DNA of 41,314 bases. Origin: Bacteroidota bacterium. Its GTDB lineage: Bacteria; Bacteroidota; Bacteroidia; Chitinophagales; Chitinophagaceae. A program made the position numbers and the translations under genes. This document shows, piece after piece, positions 1 to 10,206 of the stretch. Where the stretch lies: positions 1 to 41,314 of the forward strand of contig JAYWCS010000009.1 of the NCBI GenBank assembly GCA_043780315.1, in the 5' to 3' direction. The notes beneath the pieces were generated by a model. That model searched no databases and was not told the DNA's origin. It saw only the letters and a program-made list of their open reading frames with translations. How positions within the stretch are numbered: the stretch's first letter is position 1; every line of letters starts with the position of its first letter.

Positions 1-35
1 TCAACCGTCAACCGTCAACCATCAACCATCAACCA
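1..35 (+). repeat. Heptamer tandem repeat TCAACC(G/A) x5 (may extend beyond the window edge)
   Basis: tcaaccg tcaaccg tcaacca tcaacca tcaacca read directly; ends 23 nt before the ATG at 59. Confidence 0.9.
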
Positions 36-58
36 TAACGATTAGGAGCAAACACTTT

Positions 59-1036
59 ATGAAAAAATATCTGTGCCTGATCCCTTGCGTTCTGCTTTCA
101 ATCCGTGTATTCTGCTGGGGGTTTTATATGCATGAAAAGATAAATTATCATGCGGTATTTCTTCTGCCACCCCAGATGATGATTCTCTTCAAACCCAATA
201 TCGGCTGGCTCACCGAACACGCCGTGGACCCCGACAAACGAAGGTATATGGTGGCTGCCGAAGGCGCTCATCATTACCTGGATATTGACCATTACGGATC
301 CTACCCTTATGCAGGTCTTCCGAGAGATTACAAAGCGGCTATCCTGAAATATACATCCGACACCCTGCAGGCATACGGAATCGTTCCCTGGTGGATTCAA
401 ATCATGATGGGACGACTCACGCGGGCTTTTCGTGATAAAGACAAACAAAAGATTCTGAAATATGCTACAGAACTCGGCCACTATATTGCCGATGCCCATG
501 TGCCCCTGCACGTCAGCTCAAACCATAATGGGCAGCTCACCCACCAGGAAGGCATTCACGCATTCTGGGAATCGCGTGTTCCAGAATTATTTGCTGAATC
601 CGATTGGGATTTTTTTATCGGGAAAGCCGAGTATATACCCGACCTGCCCGCTTTTGTCTGGGCACGCGTATTGGAAAGTGCCGTCGCCGCTGACACGGTT
701 TTGCGCTGCGAAAAAGAAATCAACAGTCTTTTACGGCCCGATCAGAAATATGCTTTTGAAGACCGGAAAGGAAAACTCGTTAAACAATACTCCACAGCCT
801 ATGCATCTTTGTACGAACGCACACTAAACCATATGATTGAAAGGCGTATGCGCCAGTCTATTTTCGCCGTTGCCTCCTGTTGGTATACTGCCTGGGTAAA
901 TGCAGGCCAGCCATCGCTTGATCAACTGACCCGGGATACGGTCACGGTATCCGAGCAAAAAGAATACGAACACCTGAACCTGGAATGGAAAAACGGGAAA
1001 GCCCTTTGCCGGGATTGTGAAGATGGATCGCATTAA
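59..1036 (+). CDS. Secreted S1/P1 nuclease / zinc-dependent phospholipase C family protein
   Basis: Signal peptide followed by mature N-terminal WG...H; Zn-ligand motifs HYLDID, HYIADAHVPLH, HAFWES. Confidence 0.85.
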   Translation: MKKYLCLIPCVLLSIRVFCWGFYMHEKINYHAVFLLPPQMMILFKPNIGWLTEHAVDPDKRRYMVAAEGAHHYLDIDHYGSYPYAGLPRDYKAAILKYTSDTLQAYGIVPWWIQIMMGRLTRAFRDKDKQKILKYATELGHYIADAHVPLHVSSNHNGQLTHQEGIHAFWESRVPELFAESDWDFFIGKAEYIPDLPAFVWARVLESAVAADTVLRCEKEINSLLRPDQKYAFEDRKGKLVKQYSTAYASLYERTLNHMIERRMRQSIFAVASCWYTAWVNAGQPSLDQLTRDTVTVSEQKEYEHLNLEWKNGKALCRDCEDGSH

Positions 1037-1103
1037 AATGATCAAACAGCCTTCATGGAGCGTCCGGTTTTGAACATTCAGGATGAGTCGTTTAAACTTT
1101 GAG

Positions 1104-1279
1104 CATTCTGCGCGAAGCGACCGGCATTCTGCGTTCTGGGCGAGGCGTTCTGCGAGAAGCGACCGGCGTTCTGCGTTTTGGGCGATGCGTTCTGCGTTTT
1201 GGGCGAGGCGTTCTGCGCGAAGCGACCGGCATTCTGCGTTCTGGGCGAGGCGTTCAGCGTTCTGGGCGAGGCGTTCAGC
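1104..1279. repeat. GC-rich 21-bp minisatellite: 8 full units plus a partial unit, two unit types in order A-B-A-B-B-A-B-B
   Basis: A = cRttctgcgMgaagcgaccgg (1104, 1146, 1209); B = cRttcWgcgttYtgggcgaKg (1125, 1167, 1188, 1230, 1251). Confidence 0.95.
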
Positions 1280-1288
1280 TTTTAAGCT

Positions 1289-1296
1289 TAAATTCG
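1289..1296 (+). promoter_or_regulatory. Probable Bacteroidota -7 promoter element (TAAATTCG) for serC
   Basis: One mismatch to TAnnTTTG, 25 nt upstream of the serC ATG. Confidence 0.5.
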
Positions 1297-1321
1297 CGGC
1301 TCCTACGATAAATTCTCACAG

Positions 1322-2374
1322 ATGATACACAATTTCAACGCGGGCCCGAGTATTCTGCCCAGAGAAGTTTTTGAAGAAGCCGCAGAAGCAATTCTGAATT
1401 TTCGTGATACCGGACTGTCCATATTGGAAATCGGTCACCGGACGCCGTTATTTGAATCGGTCATGAATGAAACTGTGCAGCTCGTTAAAGAACTCATGCA
1501 TCTGGACGCAGACCACGAAGTTTTATTTCTCCATGGTGGGGCAACCACACAGTTTTTTCAGGTTCCCATGAATTTACTAAACGAAAATCAAACGGCCGCT
1601 TATCTGGATTGCGGCGTCTGGGGTTCCAAAGCCATCAAAGAAGCCCGGTTATTCGGACAAGTGGAGGTAGTCGCTTCATCAAAAGATAAAAACTATACCT
1701 ATATACCGAAGAATTATAAAATCCCTTCCGACGCTGCTTACTTTCATTATACTACGAATAATACCATCGAAGGAACAGAAATGTTTGATATTCCGGATAC
1801 CAATATTCCGCTGATCGCAGATATGAGCAGTGATATTCTTAGTCATGAAATGGACTTTAACCGCTTCGCGCTGATCTATGCCGGTGCCCAGAAAAACATT
1901 GGCGCAGCCGGCGTGAATATGGTCGTGATCCGCAAAGACATCCTGGGGAAAGTGAATCGCAAACTGCCGGGCATGATGGATTACCGCCAGCATATTGAAG
2001 CCGGATCCATGCTCAACACCCCTCCCGTTTTTGCAATTTATGTTTGTATGCTCACCCTGCGCTGGTTGCAGAAAATGGGCGGCGTGGCGGCGATCGAAAA
2101 AATTAATAAAGCAAAGGCCACGCTGTTATATAAAACGCTCGAAGAAAAATCAGGATTTGAACTGCCGGTGGCTAGCGAAGACAGGAGCCGTATGAATGTG
2201 GTGTTCCTAATTACAGATCGCAACCTTGAAAAAAAATTTCTGGATGCCTGCAAGGAGCAACAGATGATTGGCGTGAAAGGGCATCGCAGCGTGGGAGGCT
2301 TTCGGATTTCGTTATATAATGCACTGACATTCGAAAGTGCGCAGGCGCTGACCAACCTTATCCATCAACTTTAA
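1322..2374 (+). CDS. serC: 3-phosphoserine/phosphohydroxythreonine aminotransferase
   Basis: HNFNAGPS N-terminus, DMSSDI, PLP-lysine motif YAGAQKNIG, NTPP, GHRSVGGFRISLYNA. Confidence 0.97.
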   Translation: MIHNFNAGPSILPREVFEEAAEAILNFRDTGLSILEIGHRTPLFESVMNETVQLVKELMHLDADHEVLFLHGGATTQFFQVPMNLLNENQTAAYLDCGVWGSKAIKEARLFGQVEVVASSKDKNYTYIPKNYKIPSDAAYFHYTTNNTIEGTEMFDIPDTNIPLIADMSSDILSHEMDFNRFALIYAGAQKNIGAAGVNMVVIRKDILGKVNRKLPGMMDYRQHIEAGSMLNTPPVFAIYVCMLTLRWLQKMGGVAAIEKINKAKATLLYKTLEEKSGFELPVASEDRSRMNVVFLITDRNLEKKFLDACKEQQMIGVKGHRSVGGFRISLYNALTFESAQALTNLIHQL

Positions 2375-2383
2375 TTTTATTGA

Positions 2384-3613
2384 ATGGCAATCATTTCTGC
2401 TTTTCGTGCGCTTCGTCCGGCTAAAGATCTGGCTTCACGAGTTGCTTCGCTACCTTATGATGTTTTGAACACTGCGGAAGCCAAATTGGTTGCAGAGAAT
2501 AACCCTTATTCGTTTCTCCATATTACGAAGTCAGAAATTGATCTCCCGGAAGGCACTGATATTCATTCCGAAGGAGTTTATCGGAAAGCGGCCGACAATC
2601 TTTTCATTTTTCAGAATCATCAGATCTTGATCCGGGACACGGAGCCACATTATTATATTTACGAATTGAGTATGGCCGGAAGAAAACAGACGGGTCTGGT
2701 ATGCGTGAGTTCAATAACAGATTATGAAAATGATATTATCAAGAAACATGAACTCACCCGACCTGAAAAAGAGCAGGACCGCATCCGGCATATTCGCACA
2801 ACCGGTGCACAAACGGGCAATGTATTTCTTGCCTATCGGTCGAATGAAACCCTGAGCAACCTGATCAGACAATGGAAAGAAACCCATCCAACGGAATATG
2901 ATTTTGTAGCCGACGATGGCATCGGCCACCGGGTCTGGGTCGTTTCTGAATCTCAGTCCATCGAACAGATTACCTCCATATTTGAAAAACATATTCCTTT
3001 TACTTATATCGCCGACGGACACCACCGGGCAGCGTCGGCAGCTAAAATAAAAAATGCACTCGGTGAGAAAACAACCGAAGCCGCCGGATATTTTTTAACG
3101 ACCCTTTTCCCTTCCAACGAATTACATATTATGGATTATAACCGCGTGGTGAAAGATCTGAACGGTTTGAATACAGAAAGTTTTTTACATAAGCTTAACA
3201 AAGATTTCCGGGTCGAAAAATGCGCGACAGCCTATTCGCCCGACCGCTTACATAACTTCGGGATGTATCTGGCCGGACAATGGTACCTTCTACAATCAAA
3301 GGAGAATAGTTTCCGTAACGATCCGATTGGCATCTTAGACGTGAGTATTCTGCAGGAGAATATTCTGACTCCGATACTGGGCATTCAGGATCCGCGTACC
3401 GACAACCGGGTTGATTTTGTGGGCGGAATCCGTGGTTTGGGCGAATTGGAAAAAAGAGTCGATGGCGGTCAGATGGAAGTTGCGTTCAGTCTGTACCCGG
3501 TCAGCATGGATCAGCTTTTCGACATTGCAGATCGGGGTGACATTATGCCGCCAAAATCCACTTGGTTCGAGCCGAAACTGCGTGACGGGCTACTAACTCA
3601 CCTGATACAATAA
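2384..3613 (+). CDS. DUF1015 family protein
   Basis: PYDV, IKKHELT, YIADGHHR, C-terminal MPPKSTWFEPKL; usual neighbour of serC. Confidence 0.93.
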   Translation: MAIISAFRALRPAKDLASRVASLPYDVLNTAEAKLVAENNPYSFLHITKSEIDLPEGTDIHSEGVYRKAADNLFIFQNHQILIRDTEPHYYIYELSMAGRKQTGLVCVSSITDYENDIIKKHELTRPEKEQDRIRHIRTTGAQTGNVFLAYRSNETLSNLIRQWKETHPTEYDFVADDGIGHRVWVVSESQSIEQITSIFEKHIPFTYIADGHHRAASAAKIKNALGEKTTEAAGYFLTTLFPSNELHIMDYNRVVKDLNGLNTESFLHKLNKDFRVEKCATAYSPDRLHNFGMYLAGQWYLLQSKENSFRNDPIGILDVSILQENILTPILGIQDPRTDNRVDFVGGIRGLGELEKRVDGGQMEVAFSLYPVSMDQLFDIADRGDIMPPKSTWFEPKLRDGLLTHLIQ

Positions 3614-3617
3614 ACGA

Positions 3618-3625
3618 TACTTTTG
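3618..3625 (+). promoter_or_regulatory. Bacteroidota -7 promoter element TACTTTTG
   Basis: Exact TAnnTTTG match upstream of the TPR gene. Confidence 0.6.
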
Positions 3626-3682
3626 CAGGTGCAATTATTCAGGCCCCCATCCGTTTTTTAAAGGGCCTTCTATAATCAATAC

Positions 3683-4696
3683 ATGAAAAAACTACTCGTT
3701 GGCGCTGGCCTTTTTCTTTTAAGTTTTCATTGCCTGGCACAGCGGGCAGACTCCCTTCACCGGATCGCTAAACAATTTATGCGCAACGGCGACTATCCGA
3801 ACGCTATAATTGTATTGACGAATGCCCTTAAAGCCGAACCCCAAAGCCTGGAAATAGACAAAGACCTCGCGTTTACCTATTATCTGCAACGTAATTATAG
3901 TAATGCCGTAGAAGAAGGAAGGAAGCTGATTGCACGGGAAGATGCCGATGAACAGTGTTATCAGATTCTGGGCATGGCCTACAAAGCCATCGACGAAAAT
4001 AAACAAGCCGATAAAATGTACCGGCAGGGAATTAAAAAATTTCCCAGCAGCGGCGAGTTATATAACGAGTACGGTGAAATGTTATGGGCAAATAAGGACG
4101 CAGAAGCCATCCGTTTCTGGGAAAAAGGAATTGAAGTGGATCCCGGATATTCTTCCAACTACTATAATGCCAGTAAATATTATTATTTTACCTACGATAA
4201 AGTATGGAGCCTGATTTACGGGGAGCTATTTATTAATCTGGAGAGCTACAGCAAACGTACGCCAGAAATAAAATCGTTGTTGGTGGATGGATATAAAAAA
4301 CTATTTATCGATCTGAAATCGCCGAAGTCGCTGACAAATAAAAATCAGTTTGCGGCAGCGTACCTGAGCGTGATGATGGATCAGTCACCCACCGTACTAG
4401 CAGGGATTACAACGGAATCGCTGGGCGCCTTAAGAGGTAAATATATCCTGGAGTGGTTTGAGAAATATGGAGACAAGTATCCATTTCGACTTTTTGAATA
4501 TCATCGTCAATTACTGAAAGAAGGATTGTTTGAAGCCTATAACCAGTGGGTATTTGGTGCTTCGATGGGCCTCGTTTCTTTTCAAAACTGGACAACACAA
4601 CACACGGAAGATTATACCCGGTTTATTAATTTTCAGAAAGGGAGACTATTTAAAGTGCCGGCAGGTCAGAATTATCGTGCATTAAGTAGCAAATAA
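3683..4696 (+). CDS. Exported tetratricopeptide-repeat protein
   Basis: Sec signal peptide (..CLAQ); helical TPR-like repeats (LAFTYY, LGMAYK, YGEML..A..W..G..DP). Confidence 0.8.
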   Translation: MKKLLVGAGLFLLSFHCLAQRADSLHRIAKQFMRNGDYPNAIIVLTNALKAEPQSLEIDKDLAFTYYLQRNYSNAVEEGRKLIAREDADEQCYQILGMAYKAIDENKQADKMYRQGIKKFPSSGELYNEYGEMLWANKDAEAIRFWEKGIEVDPGYSSNYYNASKYYYFTYDKVWSLIYGELFINLESYSKRTPEIKSLLVDGYKKLFIDLKSPKSLTNKNQFAAAYLSVMMDQSPTVLAGITTESLGALRGKYILEWFEKYGDKYPFRLFEYHRQLLKEGLFEAYNQWVFGASMGLVSFQNWTTQHTEDYTRFINFQKGRLFKVPAGQNYRALSSK

Positions 4697-4701
4697 AGCG
4701 T

Positions 4702-6489
4702 ATGAAAAAGCCTGAACGATTGTTTGATTGCATTGCATACCAGATGGAAAAATTTCCAAAACCTGATATGCTGGCGGCAAAAGAAAAAGGAGTATGGAGA
4801 AAATACAGCACCGCAGAAGTTGCCGCGACCGTGGATGCGCTGGCTGTCGGACTAATGCATATCGGCGTATCGGGCAATGACGGCAGCGTTGAAATGCAGG
4901 ATAAAATCGCGATTATTTCCGGCAACCGATCGGAATGGCTCATCACCGATCTGGCAGTACAAAAGCTGGGTGCCGTGCTGGTTCCGGTTTACCCCACGAC
5001 CAGCAACAATGAAATTGAATTTATTTTTCGGGACGCCGCCGTGAAATACGTGTTTGTGAGCAACGAAGAATTATATGCAAAAATTGAGCTGGTTCGCCCC
5101 AACATTCCTTCCATTCAAAAAATTTTTACCTACGATCTCATAGCGGGCGCCGACCATTGGTCGATACTCTTGCAAGGCCTGACTCCGGAAAAAAAACAAA
5201 CTCTTGATCAGATCAGTGATGCCATTGGCCCCGGCCTGCTCGCCACGATCATTTATACTTCCGGCACCACCGGTACACCCAAAGGCGTCATGCTGACGCA
5301 TCGGAATATTCTGACCAATGTATTACTCTCGAAAGAAAGTTTTCCATTTGAAGACAAACCCGATTTCAAGGCACTCAGTTTTTTGCCGCTCAACCATATA
5401 TTCGAGCGCATGGTGAGTTACATATATATGTTCAGCGGAAATAGTATCTATTACGCTGAAAGCCTGGAAACCATCGGCGCCAATCTACTGGAAGTAAAAC
5501 CAGACCTGTTTACCACCGTTCCCCGGTTGCTGGAAAAAGTATACGAACGGATCATAGCCAAAGGGACCCAACTGAAGGGTATAAAGAGAAGTATATTTTT
5601 CTGGGCCGTGGGTCTCGGGAAAAAATACGATAATAATAAGAACTTGGGATTTTGGTATAACCTTCAATTATCTCTGGCGAATAAACTTATATTTAATAAA
5701 TGGCGGGAAGCATTGGGAAATAATATTAAATATATCATTACCGGTGGAGCGGCATGTCAGGAAAGACTCATACGCATTTTTACCAGTGCCGGGCTGCCCG
5801 TTTATGAAGGATACGGACCAACAGAAAATTCACCGGTGATCGCCGTAAACCGCCGTGGTAAGGGTCTTTGCAAATTTGGAACCGTTGGACCCATTTTGAA
5901 TGGCGTCGACTTCCGGCTGGAACCGGATGGTGAAATTTCGGTTAAAGGACCCAGCATGATGAAAGGTTATTATAAACGACCCGACCTAACGGCCGAAGCA
6001 ATCATCGACGGATGGCTCCATACCGGAGATATCGGCGTGCTGGAAGATGGAAAATATTTACGGATCACCGACCGTAAAAAAGAATTGTTCAAAACCAGCG
6101 GCGGGAAATATGTTGCGCCCTCCGCTATCGAAAATAAATTGAAAGAATCCCGTTTTATTGAACAGGTGATGGTAGTAGGTGCCGAAATGAAATTCGTCAG
6201 TGCACTGGTTGTTCCCTCTTTTTTACAACTCACCGATTGGTGCACACAACATGGGTACGATACGAATTCTCATTTAGTCATGATTCAAAATCCATTAGTC
6301 ATCCAGTTTTATAAAGAAACGTTAGATTCGTATAATCAGCAGTTCAATCATGTGGAACAAATAAAAAAATTCCAGCTCCTGCCAGCAGAATGGAGTATTG
6401 AAACCGGTGAACTCACTCCGAAGATGAGTATCAAAAGAAAAATTATTTTCGAAAAATATAAGTCATACATCGATAAGATCTACATCTGA
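4702..6489 (+). CDS. Long-chain-fatty-acid--CoA ligase (AMP-dependent synthetase)
   Basis: YTSGTTGTPKGVMLTH, EGYGPTE, GWLHTGDIG, ITDRKKELFKTSGGKYVAP. Confidence 0.95.
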   Translation: MKKPERLFDCIAYQMEKFPKPDMLAAKEKGVWRKYSTAEVAATVDALAVGLMHIGVSGNDGSVEMQDKIAIISGNRSEWLITDLAVQKLGAVLVPVYPTTSNNEIEFIFRDAAVKYVFVSNEELYAKIELVRPNIPSIQKIFTYDLIAGADHWSILLQGLTPEKKQTLDQISDAIGPGLLATIIYTSGTTGTPKGVMLTHRNILTNVLLSKESFPFEDKPDFKALSFLPLNHIFERMVSYIYMFSGNSIYYAESLETIGANLLEVKPDLFTTVPRLLEKVYERIIAKGTQLKGIKRSIFFWAVGLGKKYDNNKNLGFWYNLQLSLANKLIFNKWREALGNNIKYIITGGAACQERLIRIFTSAGLPVYEGYGPTENSPVIAVNRRGKGLCKFGTVGPILNGVDFRLEPDGEISVKGPSMMKGYYKRPDLTAEAIIDGWLHTGDIGVLEDGKYLRITDRKKELFKTSGGKYVAPSAIENKLKESRFIEQVMVVGAEMKFVSALVVPSFLQLTDWCTQHGYDTNSHLVMIQNPLVIQFYKETLDSYNQQFNHVEQIKKFQLLPAEWSIETGELTPKMSIKRKIIFEKYKSYIDKIYI

Positions 6490-6517
6490 TTAAATCCTGC
6501 TCTTATAATTCCCCGGC

Positions 6518-9121
6518 ATGAACGAAGAAAATACCAGACTCAAAGACCCTTCCTGGAAAACGTGGGGGCCTTATCTCAGTGAGCGGCAATGGGGAACCGT
6601 TCGGGAGGATTACAGCGAAGACGGAAGTGCCTGGGAATTTACTTCCCATGATATGGCCCGTAGCAAAGCATGGCGTTGGGGTGAAGACGGGCTGGGTGGT
6701 TTGAGCGATCTTAAACAGCACCTATGCCTCTCCGTTAGTTTGTGGAATACGAAGGATCCCATCCTGAAAGAAAGACACTTCGGACTAACGGGTAATCAGG
6801 GAAATCATGGCGAAGACGTAAAAGAATTATACTATTTTCTGGATGCAACGCCCACGCATTCTTATTTGAAGATGCTATATAAATACCCACAGCAGGCCTA
6901 TCCCTATCAGCAACTGCTGGATGAAAATAGCCGTCGGGGTAAAAAAGACCCGGAATATGAAATACAGGATACCGGTGTATTCAATGAAGGAAAATATTTT
7001 GATGTTTTTATCGAATACGCAAAAGCCGGTCCTGAAGATATTTTGATGAAGATCACGGTATATAACCGGGGTCCTGAGCCTGCTCCCATTCACGTATTAC
7101 CCAATATCTGGTTTCGAAATACCTGGGCATGGGGCTATTCTGCTGATAAACCTACGCTGGAGCGGATGACTCACGATACTATTTTCATTCAACACAAAAC
7201 ATTGGGCAAACGGACACTGCATGCGGAAAATCCGGATCAGTTACTTTTTTGTGACAATGAAAGCAATGTCGAGAAACTTTATTCCGTACCTGGCAAACCG
7301 GGTTCCTATTATAAAGATGGCATAAACAATTATATTGTTTCCGGCACAGACTCTGTTAACCCGGCCGAAGCTGGTACGAAAGCAGCGGTGCATTTTAAAA
7401 AAATCATTGAACCCGGCAAATCGGAAATATTTCGTTTGCGCATGACTCCGCTACCTGGAGAAAATCCATTCGTAGATTTTGATCAGATATTTACCCAACG
7501 AAAAGCCGAAGCGGATATTTTTTATACGGACAGGCAAAAAAATTTAACGTCAGACGAATTAAAAAGTATCCAGCGCCAGGCTTATGCGGGTATGATCTGG
7601 TGCAAACAGTTCTATTATTATAATGCAGAAAAATGGATCAAAGGGGATCCGGCTTCTCCCCCTCCGCCCGCCCAACGTAAGAAAGGAAGAAACCATAACT
7701 GGCGTCACCTGAATAGTTCGGATATTATTTCCATGCCCGACAGCTGGGAATATCCGTGGTTTGCTGCCTGGGATCTCTCTTTTCATTGTATTTGTTTTGC
7801 GGACATCGATCCGGATTTTGCAAAAAATCAACTGATCCTGCTTACCCATGAATGGTATATGCATCCAAATGGTGAATTGCCGGCCTATGAATGGGCATTC
7901 GCCGACGTGAATCCACCCATACATGCACTGGCAACCTGGAAACTGTATACCATAGATAAACAAGCAACGGGCATCGGTGACTTTGTTTTCCTGGAAACAA
8001 TTTTTTTAAAACTGCTCATGAACTTTACCTGGTGGGTTAACCGCAAGGATGTGGAAGGAAATAATATTTTTGAAGGAGGGTTTCTGGGCATGGATAATAT
8101 TGGGCTTTTCGACCGCAACACAACCTTGCCTGATGGATCTATTCTGGAGCAATCGGATTCGACCAGCTGGATGTGCATGTACTCGCTCAACATGATGCGC
8201 ATTGCGCTGGAGATGGCGAAAACAAATCCGGTTTATCAGGATATGGCCACTAAATTCTTTGAACATTTTCTATATATCGCCTTTGCCATGTTCTCAGAAG
8301 GAGACGATGCGACGGGACTCTGGGATAGCGAAGACGAGTTTTATTATGATGCCATTCAGAAAAGCGATGGTAGCGTGGAGAAATTAAAAATCCGCTCGAT
8401 GGTCGGACTGATTCCTCTGCTGGCCGTTGAAATACTGGACGACGAACTATTAACAAGTCAGAAAGATTTTACCGATCGTTTGTACTGGTTCCTGACCAAC
8501 CGTCCGGAAATGGCCAGCCTGGTTTCTAAATGGGGTGAAAAAGGGAACGATGAAAAACATCTGCTTTCCCTGTTGCGCGGACACCGTATGAAACGAATAC
8601 TGTACCGGATGCTCGATGAGTCGGAGTTCCTGAGCGACCACGGCCTGCGTGCTTTGTCGAAATACCATGATCAGCATCCCTATGAACTCAAAATCGACAA
8701 CGTTTTATTTTCGGTTCGCTATGCCCCCGGTGAATCCGAGACCGGACTCTTCGGCGGTAATTCAAATTGGCGAGGACCCGTCTGGATGCCGATGAACTAC
8801 CTGATCATCGACGCCCTACGACGATTCCATGATTATTACGGCGATGATTTTAAAATAGAATATCCGACCCATTCTGGCGAGCTATTTACACTCAATGAAA
8901 TTGCAGAAAAACTGATGGACCGCGTGATCTCTTTATTTACCCGGAATTCCGAAGGGACAGTGGCCGCTTATGGTGACCAGACGCTGTTCCAAACCGATCC
9001 TCATTTCAAAGACTACACTCTTTTCTTTGAATATTTTCATGGAGATACCGGGAAAGGGCTGGGCGCTTCCCATCAAACAGGCTGGACCGGCCTCGTTGCC
9101 CGGATGCTAACCCTCCGTTAG
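6518..9121 (+). CDS. Cytoplasmic GH63-like / MGH1-like glucosidase
   Basis: WGPYLSERQWGTVREDYS, WEYPWFAAWD, NWRGPVW, EYFHGDTG.GLGASHQTGWTG; no signal peptide. Confidence 0.9.
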   Translation: MNEENTRLKDPSWKTWGPYLSERQWGTVREDYSEDGSAWEFTSHDMARSKAWRWGEDGLGGLSDLKQHLCLSVSLWNTKDPILKERHFGLTGNQGNHGEDVKELYYFLDATPTHSYLKMLYKYPQQAYPYQQLLDENSRRGKKDPEYEIQDTGVFNEGKYFDVFIEYAKAGPEDILMKITVYNRGPEPAPIHVLPNIWFRNTWAWGYSADKPTLERMTHDTIFIQHKTLGKRTLHAENPDQLLFCDNESNVEKLYSVPGKPGSYYKDGINNYIVSGTDSVNPAEAGTKAAVHFKKIIEPGKSEIFRLRMTPLPGENPFVDFDQIFTQRKAEADIFYTDRQKNLTSDELKSIQRQAYAGMIWCKQFYYYNAEKWIKGDPASPPPPAQRKKGRNHNWRHLNSSDIISMPDSWEYPWFAAWDLSFHCICFADIDPDFAKNQLILLTHEWYMHPNGELPAYEWAFADVNPPIHALATWKLYTIDKQATGIGDFVFLETIFLKLLMNFTWWVNRKDVEGNNIFEGGFLGMDNIGLFDRNTTLPDGSILEQSDSTSWMCMYSLNMMRIALEMAKTNPVYQDMATKFFEHFLYIAFAMFSEGDDATGLWDSEDEFYYDAIQKSDGSVEKLKIRSMVGLIPLLAVEILDDELLTSQKDFTDRLYWFLTNRPEMASLVSKWGEKGNDEKHLLSLLRGHRMKRILYRMLDESEFLSDHGLRALSKYHDQHPYELKIDNVLFSVRYAPGESETGLFGGNSNWRGPVWMPMNYLIIDALRRFHDYYGDDFKIEYPTHSGELFTLNEIAEKLMDRVISLFTRNSEGTVAAYGDQTLFQTDPHFKDYTLFFEYFHGDTGKGLGASHQTGWTGLVARMLTLR

Positions 9122-9160
9122 CCCTTTAATCAGCTATCTTTACTGGTCGAATTATTAAAA

Positions 9161-10159
9161 GTGGAAAAAAGCAATTTTGTAGATCAGATAAGGGTTTTTT
9201 GCAAAAGCGGACATGGCGGCCCCGGATGCAAACATTTCATGCGCACCAAATACAACGCACTCGCCGGACCCGACGGAGGGGATGGCGGCCGGGGCGGTCA
9301 TATCATTCTACGTGGAAATAAAAATACCTGGACCCTTCTCCCCCTGCGTTACTATAAGTTTGTACATGCCGAAGACGGCGAAAGCGGCAGCGGGAATAAC
9401 AGCTCTGGCCGTTTTGGAAAAGACGTTTACATCGATGTGCCGCTGGGCACCATCGCACGTGACGAAGCATCCGGATTACAGGAAGTAGAAATTCTGGAAG
9501 ACGGCCAGGAAGTGATTTGGTTGAAGGGCGGTCGCGGGGGACAGGGAAATGCCCGTTTTGCGACACCCACCAATCAGGCCCCCGAGCATTCCCAACCCGG
9601 AGAAGATGGCTTGGAAGGCTGGAAAGTTCTGGAATTAAAAGTACTGGCCGACGTCGGTCTGGTCGGTTTCCCCAATGCAGGGAAATCAACATTGCTATCG
9701 GTGGTGACCGCGGCTACACCCAAAATAGCGGACTACGCCTTCACTACGCTGGTTCCCCAACTGGGTATGGTTGAATACCGGGATGGTAAAAGTTTTTGCA
9801 TCGCCGATCTGCCCGGTATTATTGAAGGCGCCGCAGAAGGAAAAGGGCTTGGCCACCGTTTTTTACGGCATATCGAAAGAAATGTCGCGCTGCTGTTCCT
9901 CATTCCGGCAGATAGTGCGGATCATGGAAAAGAATTTGAAATTTTACGGTACGAATTAGAAAAATATAATCCAGAATTGCTGGATAAACGTTTTGTGATT
10001 GCCATTAGTAAAAGCGATCTGCTGGATGAAGAATTAATAACGGCAATACGGAAGGAACTACCCGCCAATATTCCGAATATTTTTATTTCATCGGTTACAC
10101 AAAAAGGTATTCTGGAACTCAAGGACCTACTTTGGTCCATCATGAACGAAGACAAATAG
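9161..10159 (+). CDS. obgE: GTPase ObgE/CgtA (GTG start)
   Basis: Gly-rich Obg fold (GGDGGRGG), G1 GFPNAGKS, G3 DLPG, G4 SKSD. Confidence 0.98.
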   Translation: MEKSNFVDQIRVFCKSGHGGPGCKHFMRTKYNALAGPDGGDGGRGGHIILRGNKNTWTLLPLRYYKFVHAEDGESGSGNNSSGRFGKDVYIDVPLGTIARDEASGLQEVEILEDGQEVIWLKGGRGGQGNARFATPTNQAPEHSQPGEDGLEGWKVLELKVLADVGLVGFPNAGKSTLLSVVTAATPKIADYAFTTLVPQLGMVEYRDGKSFCIADLPGIIEGAAEGKGLGHRFLRHIERNVALLFLIPADSADHGKEFEILRYELEKYNPELLDKRFVIAISKSDLLDEELITAIRKELPANIPNIFISSVTQKGILELKDLLWSIMNEDK

Positions 10160-10206
10160 CAGCGCCCATTTTTCGAATTTTCTTATCTTCATTGACTCGC
10201 AAAAGA

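Noticed and set aside
59-1036. S1/P1 nuclease or the EEP protein as part of an anti-phage defence system
   Set aside because: Both are exported or membrane-anchored, sit among housekeeping genes and have no defence-type partners or mobility genes nearby
1104-1279. Possible CRISPR array
   Set aside because: Units are contiguous 21-mers with no unique spacers, and no cas genes are in the window
1083-1325. 80-aa and 70-aa ORFs over the minisatellite as real genes
   Set aside because: Open frames are expected in a stop-free 21-bp repeat, and the probable serC promoter lies inside them; kept only as a hypothesis
10132-10206. N-terminal extension of the serine-hydrolase-fold ORF overlapping obgE
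   Set aside because: The signal peptide starts at ATG 10207, and the extension spans a promoter-like TATCTTCA
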